Positions 1 to 15,839 of a stretch of DNA of 64,000 bases are shown here, in pieces. Position 1 is the first letter of the stretch. Each line of letters starts with the position of its first letter. Both the position numbers and the translations under genes were made by a program. A model generated the notes under the pieces. That model searched no databases. It worked only from the letters and a program-made list of their open reading frames with translations, and was not told where the DNA came from. Source of the DNA: Paraspadella gotoi (Eukaryota; Animalia; Chaetognatha); NCBI GenBank assembly GCA_051294375.1, contig CM119266.1:11025950-11089949 (forward strand). Reading direction: 5' to 3'.

Positions 1-391
1 GAAGAGGGAAAAGAGAGAGACGAGAGAGAGAGAGAGAGAGAGTGAAGAGAGGAGAGAGAGAGACGATTTGGTTTCAAGGCCCCGATTTTCTGGGGGAAAA
101 GGATCCAGTTCTAATTACGCGAATCGCGATCTCGCAACCGTCATTAGGCGAACCTTAAAAATCTCCCTGTATCGTTAGTTTGGTTCTTTCGAGGGGGAGG
201 GCTAAAGTTAGGGGGGAGTGAGAGGTAGGGGTGCTAAATGAGGGTGATGTGGCGGCCAGGGGGGGACTGGCTCCAGCCCCAATTCTTTAACGGAGAAAGA
301 TTAAACATGGCAATGAAATCCGCTTAGAAAGGAGGAGAGAGAGAGAGAGAGAGAGAGAGAAGAGAAAGAGAGAGAGAGAAGAGGAGAGAAG

Positions 392-433
<42 letters not shown>

Positions 434-945
434 TGAGAGAGAGAGAGAGATGCGAAGGAGCCGTAAGATGCTCGTCGTCGGTGAAGCGGAGCGAGACGAA
501 GAGAAAAGCGTCACGGCGAATCGGGATCGCCGACAAAAGGGAAGCTGGGCGTCGGGGTTTAGGGGTCATATTGGGACATACCCTATGTCATTGCCTCATA
601 GGGGAGCAAAGTTGGCTGTGGGGACAAGGGGACCAGAAGGAAGAAAAAAAAGGAAGGTCAGGGGTAGCAGAGCAGGCACAAAGGGCAAAGATAAGAGGAT
701 TAATTTAATTAATTAATTAATAAATTAATTGGGGGAAAAGATAAGGGGATTAATTTAATGAATTGATTAACTTCAATGACAGTCAGCAGAGAAGGATTGT
801 TGCCCGACACACGTGGAGACGAGAGGAGATCCATGGGGAGAAAGATGAGGAGGAGGCAAAAGAGGAAGCTCTTCTTGTCCACGTTAATGAATGCGATTGA
901 TCTACATTATCTTGAGATCTTGATGAACAGATGACGTCAGCTATC

Positions 946-1025
<80 letters not shown>

Positions 1026-1470
1026 TTTTTCTTTCTTTCTTTCTTTCTTGTTGTGCTAATTTAACTTCAAAGAGAAACACCAACTTTTGAAAATAAAACC
1101 AGACGGACGGATCGACAGACAAATGGACAGACTTAAAATCAGCGAAAAAGACAAGTTTTTTTCTCTTTTTCACTCGACCGCAAAGAAGGGGGGTTAGGGG
1201 GGCGTGACCGCGTGAATTAACGAGGTCACGTCGACGAATTCTTTACTCGACAAACACGTTTCGTTTCGAGCGTCGATCGAAAGAGGACGCGACGGTCGAG
1301 AGTGAGGACGTCAAATAAAAAAAAAGACTAACGGGTGGAAGTGAGACGGTTTTACGTTTCAGTTACATCCGGGTCACCCCGTGTTTTCATGTCTCCCTTT
1401 TTTTCTTAAATTGGCTGCTTGAAACATTTTCAATAAATTTTTTTTCTTTCTTCTTATTTCTTTTCTCATT

Positions 1471-1546
<76 letters not shown>

Positions 1547-2485
1547 TTCCTCATTCATTCATGCTATTTTCTACCTTTTTTAGTTTCCCCCTTTCATGTT
1601 TACCTCCCTCTCTTCTCTCTCCCCAACACAGAAAATGCAGCGTGAAAACCAATTGTCGTCGTCGTCATCGTCGTCGTCGTCAACGTCGTCGAAGAAGAAG
1701 AAGAAAGAAAAAAATTGGATCTTGGCGAGAGATTTGGTGTAAGAGGGATAAGTTAGGGGACCGAGTGGTGAAGGATAAAAAAAAGAGAAAATGGAAATAA
1801 AGAGAAAGAAAAAAAGGAAAGAGAAAGAATGAAAGAGAAGGAAAATTAAAAGAAACAACTAAAAGGAAAGGAAGAAAAGTAACAACGGAAAGAGAAGAGA
1901 AGGGAAAAGGAAAGTGAAAAGAGAAGAGAAAGGAAAATGAAAGTGAAAAGAGAAGGGAAAAGAAAAGGAAAGCGAAAAGAGAAGAGAAAGAAAAGTGAAA
2001 AGAGAAGGGAAAGGAAAAGGAAAGCGAAAAGAGAAGAGAAAGGAAAATGAAAGTGAAAAGAGAAGAGAAAGGAAAAGGAAAGCGAAAAGAGAGGCGGCCA
2101 AAAGGGGAAGGCTTCCCGCGACGTTATGGGTTTCGAGGCGAGAAAAGCAGTTCAGGTGATGCAGCAGTTTTAGATGCAGTTGCTGTGTTAAGGAGAAGCT
2201 GCATTTACGAACTACGCAGGATAGGTTAGCCAGTTAGCGTGGCTTAACCTCCCACGTGGCAATTATATAAAATAATAAAGATGTTTTAGTGTCCTCTTGA
2301 GTTAAACTGATTGGGGAGATCAATGCCATCCAGGACCGGAACTTCACGACATCCATCGATCACAAACTTTTTCAGTCGCTTTTTTCGCGGCTAGATTGCC
2401 CGGCGCGTCGCCATGACAACAATTCTCGGCGCGTCAATCCGGTAGGAATGCGCGCCGCGTCATTCGCTTCGGAACCTGAAATACG

Positions 2486-2557
<72 letters not shown>

Positions 2558-2609
2558 TTTGTCTTTCTTTCTTTATTTCTTTATTTCTTTCTTTCTTTAT
2601 TTCTTTATT

Positions 2610-2660
<51 letters not shown>
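946..2660 (+). repeat. (TTTC)n microsatellites at ~946-1048, ~1470-1545 and ~2487-2660 (others at ~5790-5880 and ~6385-6416)
   Basis: Seen directly. Confidence 0.95.
1790..2095 (+). repeat. Purine-rich degenerate minisatellite (aagtgaaaagagaagagaaaggaaa..)
   Basis: Recurring aaag(t/c)gaaaagagaag(a/g)gaaa units. Confidence 0.75.
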
Positions 2661-2662
<2 letters not shown>

Positions 2663-3070
2663 TTTTCGTTTTCCTTTTCGTCGTCGCGTGTCGCGGGATT
2701 TCAACAGATTTGAATAATTTTCTTTTTATTTTTTACTTTTTTAAACTTTTTTTTTGAAATTCAATTTTCGTCGACGTCGTCGTCGTCATTTTCGGGTTGT
2801 TGTGGTGGTTGTTGTTGTTGTTGTTGTGGTTCGAGACGCGGAGAGATTATTTTCGCGTTTTTCGCGATTGAAGAACAAACGAGATTTTTACGACCCGAAA
2901 AAAAAAATTGTTCGAACGAAACCTCGATGCCTCTCATCCTATTTTTTTTTGCGCTTTTGTTTATGGGTTTCGAAGGTGAACCAACAACAACAACAACCAC
3001 GACGCCTCCTTTTTTTTTATTTAAAACAATTTTTTTTCGATGAAAATAGATAACACCAGCGCCTCTACAG

Positions 3071-3148
3071 GTCGAGCCTTGGGCGCGGAAGATCCCTCAC
3101 GATGTTATAAACTGGGAAATCGGAAACATTGTTTTGAGATTTAATCAG
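3071..3148 (+). CDS. Candidate internal coding exon of an unidentified gene
   Basis: ctctacAG|GTCGAGCCTTGG...TTTAATCAG|GTtttt. It is 78 nt, phase 0-0, and encodes the high-complexity peptide [26 protein letters not shown] within low-complexity flanks. It splices in frame to the 3490 exon. The donor (GTTTTT) is weak. Confidence 0.55.
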
Positions 3149-3283
3149 GTTTTTTTTTTGCCTTCTTTTTTATTTTCTTTTCTTTTTCTATCGTCGATTT
3201 CCGCTTATACTTCCCGAACTTTTTCCCAATCTCTTTCTCACTCCCTGTTGCGTCGTATTAATAGTGTTTTTTTGTGGTTTTTC

Positions 3284-4608
<1,325 letters not shown>

Positions 4609-5787
4609 CTACATTCTTAACCTTGCCGCTAAGGACAAGAACCTACCCTCGGCTCGAGGTAAGACGAGGAAGCGCGAGGGAAAATGAAGGCATCTCTCGT
4701 TGCCAAGGAAACCCGAACCGGCATCTTTTNNNNNNNNNNNNNNNNNNNNNNNNNNNNNNNNNNNNNNNNNNNNNNNNNNNNNNNNNNNNNNNNNNNNNNN
4801 NNNNNNNNNNNNNNNNNNNNNNNNNNNNNNNNNNNNNNNNNNNNNNNNNNNNNNNNNNNNNNNNNNNNNNNNNNNNNNNNNNNNNNNNNNNNNNNNNNNN
4901 NNNNNNNNNNNNNNNNNNNNNNNNNNNNNNNNNNNNNNNNNNNNNNNNNNNNNNNNNNNNNNNNNNNNNNNNNNNNNNNNNNNNNNNNNNNNNNNNNNNN
5001 NNNNNNNNNNNNNNNNNNNNNNNNNNNNNNNNNNNNNNNNNNNNNNNNNNNNNNNNNNNNNNNNNNNNNNNNNNNNNNNNNNNNNNNNNNNNNNNNNNNN
5101 NNNNNNNNNNNNNNNNNNNNNNNNNNNNNNNNNNNNNNNNNNNNNNNNNNNNNNNNNNNNNNNNNNNNNNNNNNNNNNNNNNNNNNNNNNNNNNNNNNNN
5201 NNNNNNNNNNNNNNNNNNNNNNNNNNNNNNNNNNNNNNNNNNNNNNNNNNNNNNNNNNNNNNNNNNNNNNNNNNNNNNNNNNNNNNNNNNNNNNNNNNNN
5301 NNNNNNNNNNNNNNNNNNNNNNNNNNNNNNNNNNNNNNNNNNNNNNNNNNNNNNNNNNNNNNNNNNNNNNNNNNNNNNNNNNNNNNNNNNNNNNNNNNNN
5401 NNNNNNNNNNNNNNNNNNNNNNNNNNNNNNNNNNNNNNNNNNNNNNNNNNNNNNNNNNNNNNNNNNNNNNNNNNNNNNNNNNNNNNNNNNNNNNNNNNNN
5501 NNNNNNNNNNNNNNNNNNNNNNNNNNNNNNNNNNNNNNNNNNNNNNNNNNNNNNNNNNNNNNNNNNNNNNNNNNNNNNNNNNNNNNNNNNNNNNNNNNNN
5601 NNNNNNNNNNNNNNNNNNNNCTCCTCCTCCTCCTCCTCCAAACATGTCGCGCTCGATTCAATTCCATGAAATTGGGTCGCATATCAAGGCAGAAAGACTT
5701 AAGAGGAGAATCCTTCTCTTTCGCCGTGATTTTCATCTCGCTTTTCTTTTTTTCTCTTTTGCCATCTTTCCTTTACTTTGAGATGTC

Positions 5788-5822
<35 letters not shown>

Positions 5823-6385
5823 TNNNNNNNNNNNNNNNNNNNNNNNNNNNNNNNNNTTTCTTTCTTTCTTTATTTCTCTATTTCTTTCTTTCCGCACCCT
5901 TAATTTCTATCGCCCATTTTCGACGCGATTCAGTCACAGCGATCCTGCGACTCACGTTACGATATTTGACTGAACACACAATTCACTTCTTCCCTTACCT
6001 TACCTTACCTTTCCTTTCATTTCCTCTGCTTTCTTTTACTTTTCTTTCCTCTTCTTTCCTTTTTTTTAGCTACCTTTCCTTTCCTTTACTTACCTTACTT
6101 TCTCTTCCTTCCTTTTTCTTTTCTTTTCTTTCCTTTCTTTACTTCTTCTTTCATTTCATCTTCTTTCCTTTTATTTACCTTTCTTCTCTTTCCTTTCCTT
6201 TTCTTTCCTTTCCTTTCTTAACCTCATCTTTTGTTTCATCTTCTTTCCTTTTCTTTACCTTTCTTTCCTTTTCTCTTCTTTCCTTTCGTTTTCCTTCTTT
6301 TTGTCGTCTCGTTTTGCCGAACCTCTTTTCACTACTTTTTCGCGACCTCCGCCCAACTTATGGCGCCTTTCACCGCTTCTAATTT

Positions 6386-6416
<31 letters not shown>

Positions 6417-7461
6417 NNNNNNNNNNNNNNNNNNNNNNNNNNNNNNNNNNNNNNNNNNNNNNNNNNNNNNNNNNNNNNNNNNNNNNNNNNNNNNNNNNNN
6501 NNNNNNNNNNNNNNNNNNNNNNNNNNNNNNNNNNNNNNNNNNNNNNNNNNNNNNNNNNNNNNNNNNNNNNNNNNNNNNNNNNNNNNNNNNNNNNNNNNNN
6601 NNNNNNNNNNNNNNNNNNNNNNNNNNNNNNNNNNNNNNNNNNNNNNNNNNNNNNNNNNNNNNNNNNNNNNNNNNNNNNNNNNNNNNNNNNNNNNNNNNNN
6701 NNNNNNNNNNNNNNNNNNNNNNNNNNNNNNNNNNNNNNNNNNNNNNNNNNNNNNNNNNNNNNNNNNNNNNNNNNNNNNNNNNNNNNNNNNNNNNNNNNNN
6801 NNNNNNNNNNNNNNNNNNNNNNNNNNNNNNNNNNNNNNNNNNNNNNNNNNNNNNNNNNNNNNNNNNNNNNNNNNNNNNNNNNNNNNNNNNNNNNNNNNNN
6901 NNNNNNNNNNNNNNNNNNNNNNNNNNNNNNNNNNNNNNNNNNNNNNNNNNNNNNNNNNNNNNNNNNNNNNNNNNNNNNNNNNNNNNNNNNNNNNNNNNNN
7001 NNNNNNNNNNNNNNNNNNNNNNNNNNNNNNNNNNNNNNNNNNNNNNNNNNNNNNNNNNNNNNNNNNNNNNNNNNNNNNNNNNNNNNNNNNNNNNNNNNNN
7101 NNNNNNNNNNNNNNNNNNNNNNNNNNNNNNNNNNNNNNNNNNNNNNNNNNNNNNNNNNNNNNNNNNNNNNNNNNNNNNNNNNNNNNNNNNNNNNNNNNNN
7201 NNNNNNNNNNNNNNNNNNNNNNNNNNNNNNNNNNNNNNNNNNNNNNNNNNNNNNNNNNNNNNNNNNNNNNNNNNNNNNNNNNNNNNNNNNNNNNNNNNNN
7301 NNNNNNNNNNNNNNNNNNNNNNNNNNNNNNNNNNNNATGGAATGAGTCAGTTCTCTCGCCAGTCTCGCTTTGGCTCAATGTCGTCTCTCTTTCCCTCTGC
7401 GGTCACCGATTCCTGTCGTGACATCGGAACTCGACACCGTGGGACGAGTAAGTCTTTCTTT

Positions 7462-7512
<51 letters not shown>

Positions 7513-10500
7513 GGTGTCGTAGCTGTCTGACCGTGGTAGTTAACGAGTGATGGTCATTCTCTCAAATTAAACCCGACGAAGAGATGATAATTTTTGACTG
7601 TTCTGGTTACAACGATGGCGTAGATTACTTTAAGAGATCTGTCGTAACAACAACGACAACAGCAACTATGTTTTGTTATTGTTATTTAAGAATTTCGTTA
7701 GTTTTTCAAAAATTTTGGTGTATTTTTAGTTAATAGGGCCTAAAATAACATATTGATTGAAAGCTTGCTGAAACCAGCTATGTCATTATCTTGTAAGAGT
7801 GATGGAGGTCTTAAAGCACCAAAGCCTGTCCAAAGTCAGGGACAAGATAGCTTATTTATTAAATGAATGGATAATTTTTATATTGGTTGTACCAATTTCA
7901 TATGATATTGGGTATTATATCAGTTTTCTTCTTCGCTTATATTTTTGGCGGTTTTTGTCCTTGGTTCATCTTGCTCCTTTCTCCTCAATCCCATCCCTTC
8001 CTTTTCTCTCCCTTCTTTGTCCAACTTCCCCTTTCTCCTCTCCCTCCCCCCTTCTCCCTCTTCCTCCCCCTCTTCCTCCTCCCGAGCGGACACGTGTGTG
8101 CCGACTTGTCACGCCATAAATAGGGTTCAGAGTCAGGAACGGAAGATCCAGGCTAAAAAGGGGAAGCCAACGTTAGACGACGACGGCCGACAAGAGACGA
8201 CAAGATCTGAGGGATGCATACAGGAGCCGACAAAAGCCGACAAGGGTGACGACTGGAGCCGACTGGAGCCGACGCGAGTCTGGCGGGAAAGACATTTAGG
8301 NNNNNNNNNNNNNNNNNNNNNNNNNNNNNNNNNNNNNNNNNNNNNNNNNNNNNNNNNNNNNNNNNNNNNNNNNNNNNNNNNNNNNNNNNNNNNNNNNNNN
8401 NNNNNNNNNNNNNNNNNNNNNNNNNNNNNNNNNNNNNNNNNNNNNNNNNNNNNNNNNNNNNNNNNNNNNNNNNNNNNNNNNNNNNNNNNNNNNNNNNNNN
8501 NNNNNNNNNNNNNNNNNNNNNNNNNNNNNNNNNNNNNNNNNNNNNNNNNNNNNNNNNNNNNNNNNNNNNNNNNNNNNNNNNNNNNNNNNNNNNNNNNNNN
8601 NNNNNGACAAGAAGGCGAGGCGGTCGGGTCTCGGTATATCGAGGGATTTGCATCCGGGCCTCGTTTCCGTTTTCCCCGGATTAAAGGAACCGACGTGGAA
8701 TCGATTCCGACTGACGAGGTGGGGGATGATGTTGAGGATGATGATGGAGAGAAGGATTTAAAGAAAAATGATGCTGAGAAGGGTTTGATGGGGTTAGGAC
8801 GATATAAAGAATTACGTAACTAGAAATGGATTCATGATAGAAGAATTGCATTAAGTACAGACTGAGGAAAAGAATAACTGAATTGGAATTTACTCAGACC
8901 CAAATCGGAATCGCATCTGGGATGTGAGCTACGAAAAATCGATGGCGTCAGATATTCGAGTGCGCGTAATTTTTGTGACGGAATGAAGGGAATCGTGGTT
9001 GGCGAAAAGCTGAAGAGACTTCAATCCTATTTATGATGTATTTCACGGTAAGAACTAAGAAGAATCAAATGAAGCCTTTGCTGAAGTTCCCAAAACAACC
9101 ATTTCAATGCTTACGAAAAGAAATTGTAGACGTTTTGTGATAGAACTTTGCCCCTGAATAACTATGACAAAAGAAACTATGACAACAACAGCGGCAGCCG
9201 CGTCAGCCACGGCACAGCGGGGCGAGTTTTTCTCCTCAGCTGGCGACAGCTGAGAACTCGAGCCTCTAATCTTTGGTTACGCATTCTTCTTCAAACTCGT
9301 TGACATGGTCACGGGGTTATGAGCATGGAATCGTGAAGGAGGAATGGGGTTTGAAAATTGAATCAAGCGGCTTTGAATGTTTTTGACATTCTTAAGCATG
9401 GGAAGACCGGGGAGAAGCGCCGGGTTTAGATAATGGCGACCTTCAGACTTGAGACAATATGATAGCGATCGAATACATTATAACATCGTCGAACACAAGG
9501 ATTTAAAAAAAAAATAAAATTGGGGTCGTAATGGCTCCTTTGATAATAAGAAATCTTTTGAGATTTCAATATTTTTTTAACTTGTACCTCATGAAAAGGG
9601 GAAATAATCGTTAACACTTGTCAAGAACTCGGNNNNNNNNNNNNNNNNNNNNNNNNNNNNNNNNNNNNNNNNNNNNNNNNNNNNNNNNNNNNNNNNNNNN
9701 NNNNNNNNNNNNNNNNNNNNNNNNNNNNNNNNNNNNNNNNNNNNNNNNNNNNNNNNNNNNNNNNNNNNNNNNNNNNNNNNNNNNNNNNNNNNNNNNNNNN
9801 NNNNNNNNNNNNNNNNNNNNNNNNNAGAAGCGGAGAATAAAAATCCGAGAAGAGTGAAGACAGGGGACAATAAAAGAGTAAAGTGAAAAACGAGGTCAAA
9901 ACAAGAAATGGAGTTTGTTTCGGGGAAAAACGGAGAATGAGGAATAAGGAGTTCGAGAGGCTAAGACGGNNNNNNNNNNNNNNNNNNNNNNNNNNNNNNN
10001 NNNNNNNNNNNNNNNNNNNNNNNNNNNNNNNNNNNNNNNNNNNNNNNNNNNNNNNNNNNNNNNNNNNNNNNNNNNNNNNNNNNNNNNNNNNNNNNNNNNN
10101 NNNNNNNNNNNNNNNNNNNNNNNNNNNNNNNNNNNNNNNNNNNNNNNNNNNNNNNNNNNNNNNNNNNNNNNNNNNNNNNNNNNNNNNNNNNNNNNNNNNN
10201 NNNNNNNNNNNNNNNNNNNNNNNNNNNNNNNNNNNNNNNNNNNNNNNNNNNNNNNNNNNNNNNNNNNNNNNNNNNNNNNNNNNNNNNNNNNNNNNNNNNN
10301 NNNNNNNNNNNNNNNNNNNNNNNNNNNNNNNNNNNNNNNNNNNNNNNNNNNNNNNNNNNNNNNNNNNNNNNNNNNNNNNNNNNNNNNNNNNNNNNNNNNN
10401 NNNNNNNNNNNNNNNNNNNNNNNNNNNNNNNNNNNNNNNNNNNNNNNNNNNNNNNNNNNNNNNNNNNNNNNNNNNNNNNNNNNNNNNNNNNNNNNNNNNN

Positions 10501-11150
10501 NNNNNNNNNNNNNNNNNNNNTGAAAGAAGTCCGGGTGGCGCCGAAAGGTGAGGAAAGAGGTAAAGGGTGAGGTGGAATCACAGGAAAAGGGGAAAGGAAA
10601 GAAAATAGGGGATAGGGAAGGAGGGAGGAAATGAAAAAGGAAGGGAGGAAACGGAAGGAGAGAAAATAAATTAAATATTTTTAATATTGAGTACCAAAAT
10701 ACTTTTGCATAAAATTAGTCTTACTCTTTTTGTTATGATTATTAAGTCAATTTTTAACTAGACGTTTCTTAAATTCTAAAATCATACATTTTTTCACCAG
10801 TCTTCATTTTTCGATCATCAAAACGATTTTCACTTCAAAATCACGGCCATAACTAACGTTCACAGTTGATGATTTCAGCACTCCCATAAAAAACTCACTT
10901 TCCTCAAACCTCGATTCGCTCATTCGTTCTCTCACTCACCACGCATTACCATTCATACTTCCTCAAAGACGACGACGACGACGACGACAACTACGACGAC
11001 GACGACCGAACACGAATCACTACATCTCTCGCCGACTTCTCCCTTTGCTTTTTCTTTCTCTCTCGTGTAAAAGAATGGGTCTAAAATTTGTTTGATCAAA
11101 ACATTAACGTAATGGGATAAGACTCGCGTTAACCGATAAATACCACAATG

Positions 11151-11262
<112 letters not shown>

Positions 11263-11689
11263 CGCATCTTATCTTGATTTTCTTTTCATTCTCTCATCTC
11301 TTCGGCTTTTTCTCGGTCTCGAGGCTTTTCCCTTCTCAATCGCTCTCTGCCTTTCTTCTCTCTTTTCTCTTTATCCGGAAAAACACCCCTACTTTCGTTT
11401 CCTCTCTTTTCTTTTCTTTTCATTTCTTTTTCCTTTCTTTTTCCTTTCTTTTCTCCAGGAATCCAATATTCTTTTCCCGTCGATTCGCACATCTAGTTCC
11501 GGTTTCGAGAGACTCCTTCCATTTCCAGACGATAAAGTTCCATCGATTCCACAGACGTAATTCTTTGTTATCAATGTGATTTTCCCCTAAATACACGCTA
11601 GTAATCGTCGACGTCGAATTCCTTAGTAAATCGATGTCTACGCTTAACACTTCCTTACGTTCCCGGTTCCCACTTCCTCCTTCCCATCT

Positions 11690-12092
11690 GATCGCCGTCT
11701 GTTCCCATCTTTTCTCATCTCTTCCCATCTTTTCGCATCTCTTCCCACCTCTTATCAATCTCTTCTCATCTTTTTCCATCTTTTCCCATCTCTTCCCACC
11801 TCTTCCCCATCTCTTCCCATCTCTTCCCATCTCTTCCCATCTTTTCACATCTCTTCTCATGTTTTTCCATCTTTTCCTATCTCTTCCCACCTCTTCCCCA
11901 TTTCTTACCATCTTTCGCATCTTTTCCCACCTCTTCCGACCTCTTCCACATCTCTTCTCATCTCTTCCCCATATCTTCTCATCTCTTGCAATCTTTTCCC
12001 ACCTCTTCCCATCTCTTTCAATCTCTTCCCCATCTCTTACCACCTCTTTCCATATCTTCCCCATCTCTTCCCATCTCTTCCCATCATGTCCC
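11690..12092 (+). repeat. 10-bp minisatellite (CCCATCTCTT)n, degenerate
   Basis: Repeated tcccatctct/tcccatcttt units; source of the spurious 'GRDGKRWEEM' and 'SHLFPS' ORFs. Confidence 0.9.
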
Positions 12093-12159
12093 ATTAAGTA
12101 CAGGTTCTCGTCTCATCGATTCGCCTCTCGCAGGTTTTAACTGTCGTCCCATAAACCTG

Positions 12160-12435
12160 AACGACGACAGCGAACGACGACGTCGACGATGACGACGAAC
12201 GTGCGACGATGACGACGACCACGACGAAAGCACGAAGATAACGACAACGACGAAGAAAGCGCGACGATGACGACGATGAAGACGACGAAGCCGATCGACG
12301 ACGACGATAACGAAAGCGAAACGATAACGACGACAACAATACTAAATATCGAAGACAACAAGGACGACGACGACGACGATGAAGAAGACGACCGACGACG
12401 AGCAACGACGATAACGACGACTGCCGACGACGACC
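12160..12435 (+). repeat. Degenerate (ACG)n tract; pure (TCG)n tracts also at ~7463-7510, ~43464-43505 and ~59686-59763
   Basis: Seen directly. Confidence 0.9.
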
Positions 12436-12610
12436 TCTTTCCCCCCATCGACTCTATGCACCCCAAGGCCCCAACGGCCTTGGGCGCCGCGCGCGCGGGC
12501 GGACGTGCGAACGGCACGCGCGGTCGTGCGTGCGAGCGTCGAGGCGGTGACTCATTCCATCACGTGAATGACAGAGAGCGACGGAAAAATGAGAGAGAGT
12601 GGAGAGAGAG

Positions 12611-12686
<76 letters not shown>

Positions 12687-13145
12687 TTGAATTTGTGAAA
12701 CTGCGAACTTTGATGTCGAGGCTAGAAATCAAAACAGTTGCAATAATATTGTTTTTTTTTTATTTATCGGTGTTTTTTTTGTGAGTACCAAAAACAATAG
12801 TGTTCAACGAAGTTTTTAAGAATTGAATGCTTTTAAATAATATATTCTATAAAGTGTACAATTCTTTTGTATTGTTTAAAACAAAGTTGACCCGCGAGTC
12901 TTTTGTTTAATTGACTTTTCTCTTCGCCGCTCGATGAATCCCGAGATTGACAACGAGGAAGATTCACGGAGACATCCTGGTTGACGACGACGACGACGAG
13001 AAGGAAAAAAAAAACAACACAAAACAAAAAACCAAGTGAACCGAATCACGACAGAAAAACAAAACGTCAACGACAACAAAGTCAAAGACGACGACGACGA
13101 CGACGACGACGACGCCCCTAATTATTTTTAGTTGACACATTTCGA

Positions 13146-13197
13146 TCACGTGACGACAACGACGAAGGTCACGTGAGGGCGGCCGGAGGTCACGTGA
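13146..13197. promoter_or_regulatory. Triplet of TCACGTGA E-boxes (CLEAR/USF/MITF-type)
   Basis: ATCACGTGAC (core 13146-13153), GGTCACGTGA (13167-13176) and GGTCACGTGA (13188-13197), 23 and 21 bp apart. Confidence 0.55.
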
Positions 13198-15382
13198 TCC
13201 TAGCGGTTGTCGCGAATCCGAAGAAATCATTTCACTCGTCGAATCGTCGAAGCGAAAGGATCGAAAAAAAAGAGTGGGAGGTTGGGACGGGGGGGAGAGA
13301 TAATGGAGTGTGAAGGAGTGGTGAGGAGTGGCGACTCGAGAGTCCTCGTGAGTCGTGACGATGGACGTGATTGAAGTGTGGCAGTGAATGGGGAGTGAAA
13401 AGGAAAGAATACGTTGAGTACGTTCGAGGGCAGTGTGAACGAGGAGAGAGAGAAAAGAAAAATTCAGAAAAAAAGAAAGAAAGTGAAATGAAAAGCGAAA
13501 GTCGAAATTCGAGCGACAATTTATTTCTTCTTCTTTTTATTTATTATTTTTTCATGAAGATCGTTGCTTCTTTTTTTTTGTAACGGAAAATAAAAAAGAA
13601 GAGAATTAGGAAAAAAAGAAAAGTGGCGAGGAAAGAGAAATAAAGAAAATTTTATAAGCTGAGGGTGATAAAGAATTTTTTTTAACTTTAACTATTGCAA
13701 ATTGACAATATTGGTTAAAAGAAGGGTTACCAATATAAAGGCCAGACAGATGCATTCAACATAAAATTGTATAAAAAAAAACTACAAAAAAGGTTCACTG
13801 AAAAAGATAAAGATCAAAATGAGATCAAAGACAAAAAAAAAGAGGCGACGAATACACTACCAAAAAAAAAAAGAAATCCCACGAGATCGAGACGGTTGTT
13901 TTTCTTTCGCCCCCCCCTCGCCCCCCTCTCCTTCGCTTCCCCTCTTTCTTTTTCCGGGCGTATGAAGTGCTTTATGTTGTTCAAAGATTCCTCCGTTTTA
14001 AATTATTCATGAAAAGAATAAATAAGAAATCTTCAGACCCTCGCCCAAAAAAAAAAAAAAAATTTTCTTTTTATCTTTCCTTCTTTTCATAAATTTTCGG
14101 TGGTCCCGAAATTCATGGAACCTCGTTTGGCGGCCGAGGCTGCGGCGGGCGNNNNNNNNNNNNNNNNNNNNNNNNNNNNNNNNNNNNNNNNNNNNNNNNN
14201 NNNNNNNNNNNNNNNNNNNNNNNNNNNNNNNNNNNNNNNNNNNNNNNNNNNNNNNNNNNNNNNNNNNNNNNNNNNNNNNNNNNNNNNNNNNNNNNNNNNN
14301 NNNNNNNNNNNNNNNNNNNNNNNNNNNNNNNNNNNNNNNNNNNNNNNNNNNNNNNNNNNNNNNNNNNNNNNNNNNNNNNNNNNNNNNNNNNNNNNNNNNN
14401 NNNNNNNNNNNNNNNNNNNNNNNNNNNNNNNNNNNNNNNNTTAGAGATCAATTATTTGTAATTCTGACTGACCTGAAATACTTCTTTACAATTTAACAAC
14501 AAACCCGCTATAATTCATCCATAAATCGTCTCTCTCTCTGTCTCTCTCTTCATCTCCTTGTTCTTCTGTTCTCCTCAACATGTTTCGCCATCTCGCGTCG
14601 CCATCTCGCGTCCCTCGTCACCCGCGGTATAATACAGAGTCTTCGCCTCTGCTGCTCCTTAATCGTCTTTCGAATCCCGAGCGAACGAAGACCGCGTTTC
14701 TTCCTTCCTTCTTTCCTTTTATCTTTTCCTCTTTTAAACGAGTCCTTTCTTTTCTTTTCTTTTTCCCTTTTTTTAAAGGAGTTCTTCCTTTTCTTTTCTT
14801 TTTTCCTTTTTTTAAAGGAGTTTTTCCTTTTCTTTTCTTTTTGCTTTCTCTTCAAGGGCTCCTTCCTTTGCTTTTCTTTTTGCCTTTTTTTAAGGAGTCA
14901 TTCCTTTTATTTTCTTTTTGCTCTCTCTGGTAGGGCTCTTTTGTTAAAGTTGTTTCGTTTCCTTTTTATAACTGGGAGGGAGCTGTTAACTTTTTCTCTT
15001 TATTGTTTAAATTCTTTCCTATCTTTCTCTCTTATCCGTAATTTACTTTACATTGTACAGTTTGGAAATACCGAAATTCTGTTATTCATTTTTGAGTCGT
15101 TCCTTCATCTTATTTATTCTTATCTTTTCTTTCGCTTTTTTCCTTTATTCTTTCTCATATTCTTTCCTCCGTTACTTTCCTTCTTCTTTTCCTTTCCTTT
15201 TCCTTTCCTTCCTCCGTCCTCCCCCGCGCTCCTTCCTTCTCTCATCGCATGGAGTTTGGAATTTGTTGCCTACGTAATGGTAAGTGATTGTGAAGGATGA
15301 ACTGCGCCAAGAATCTATTGAAAACCCCGACGCAACTCATGAATTTGGTGCCGCGTCTCCGGAATGGAAGACCGGTGCAGAG

Positions 15383-15468
<86 letters not shown>

Positions 15469-15738
15469 ACGCGAGGAAAGAAAAAAACCTCCGCATAGAC
15501 GACATCAAAAGGGCCGGTGGTCTCGAGCCGAGGACTCCATGGCAACAGATTGTGATGCAACTTTTCGGCCTCACGGAAAAAAAGGGAAAAAAGAAAAAAA
15601 AAAAAGAAAGGAAAAGAGCGAAAAAAAAATACTCTGCGGTTTGGTGGAAAGAAAGAGGGGGGAAACTTGATTTTTGGGTAGCAAAGGCCAAACGGGAATA
15701 AAAAGAAGGACCGAAAAATATGAAAGAATGAGATAGGG

Positions 15739-15819
<81 letters not shown>

Positions 15820-15839
15820 AGAAGAGAGACAAAGGAGAA

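Noticed and set aside
11420-12140. 224-aa and 168-aa repetitive ORFs
   Set aside because: Products of the 10-bp CCCATCTCTT minisatellite, open on both strands.
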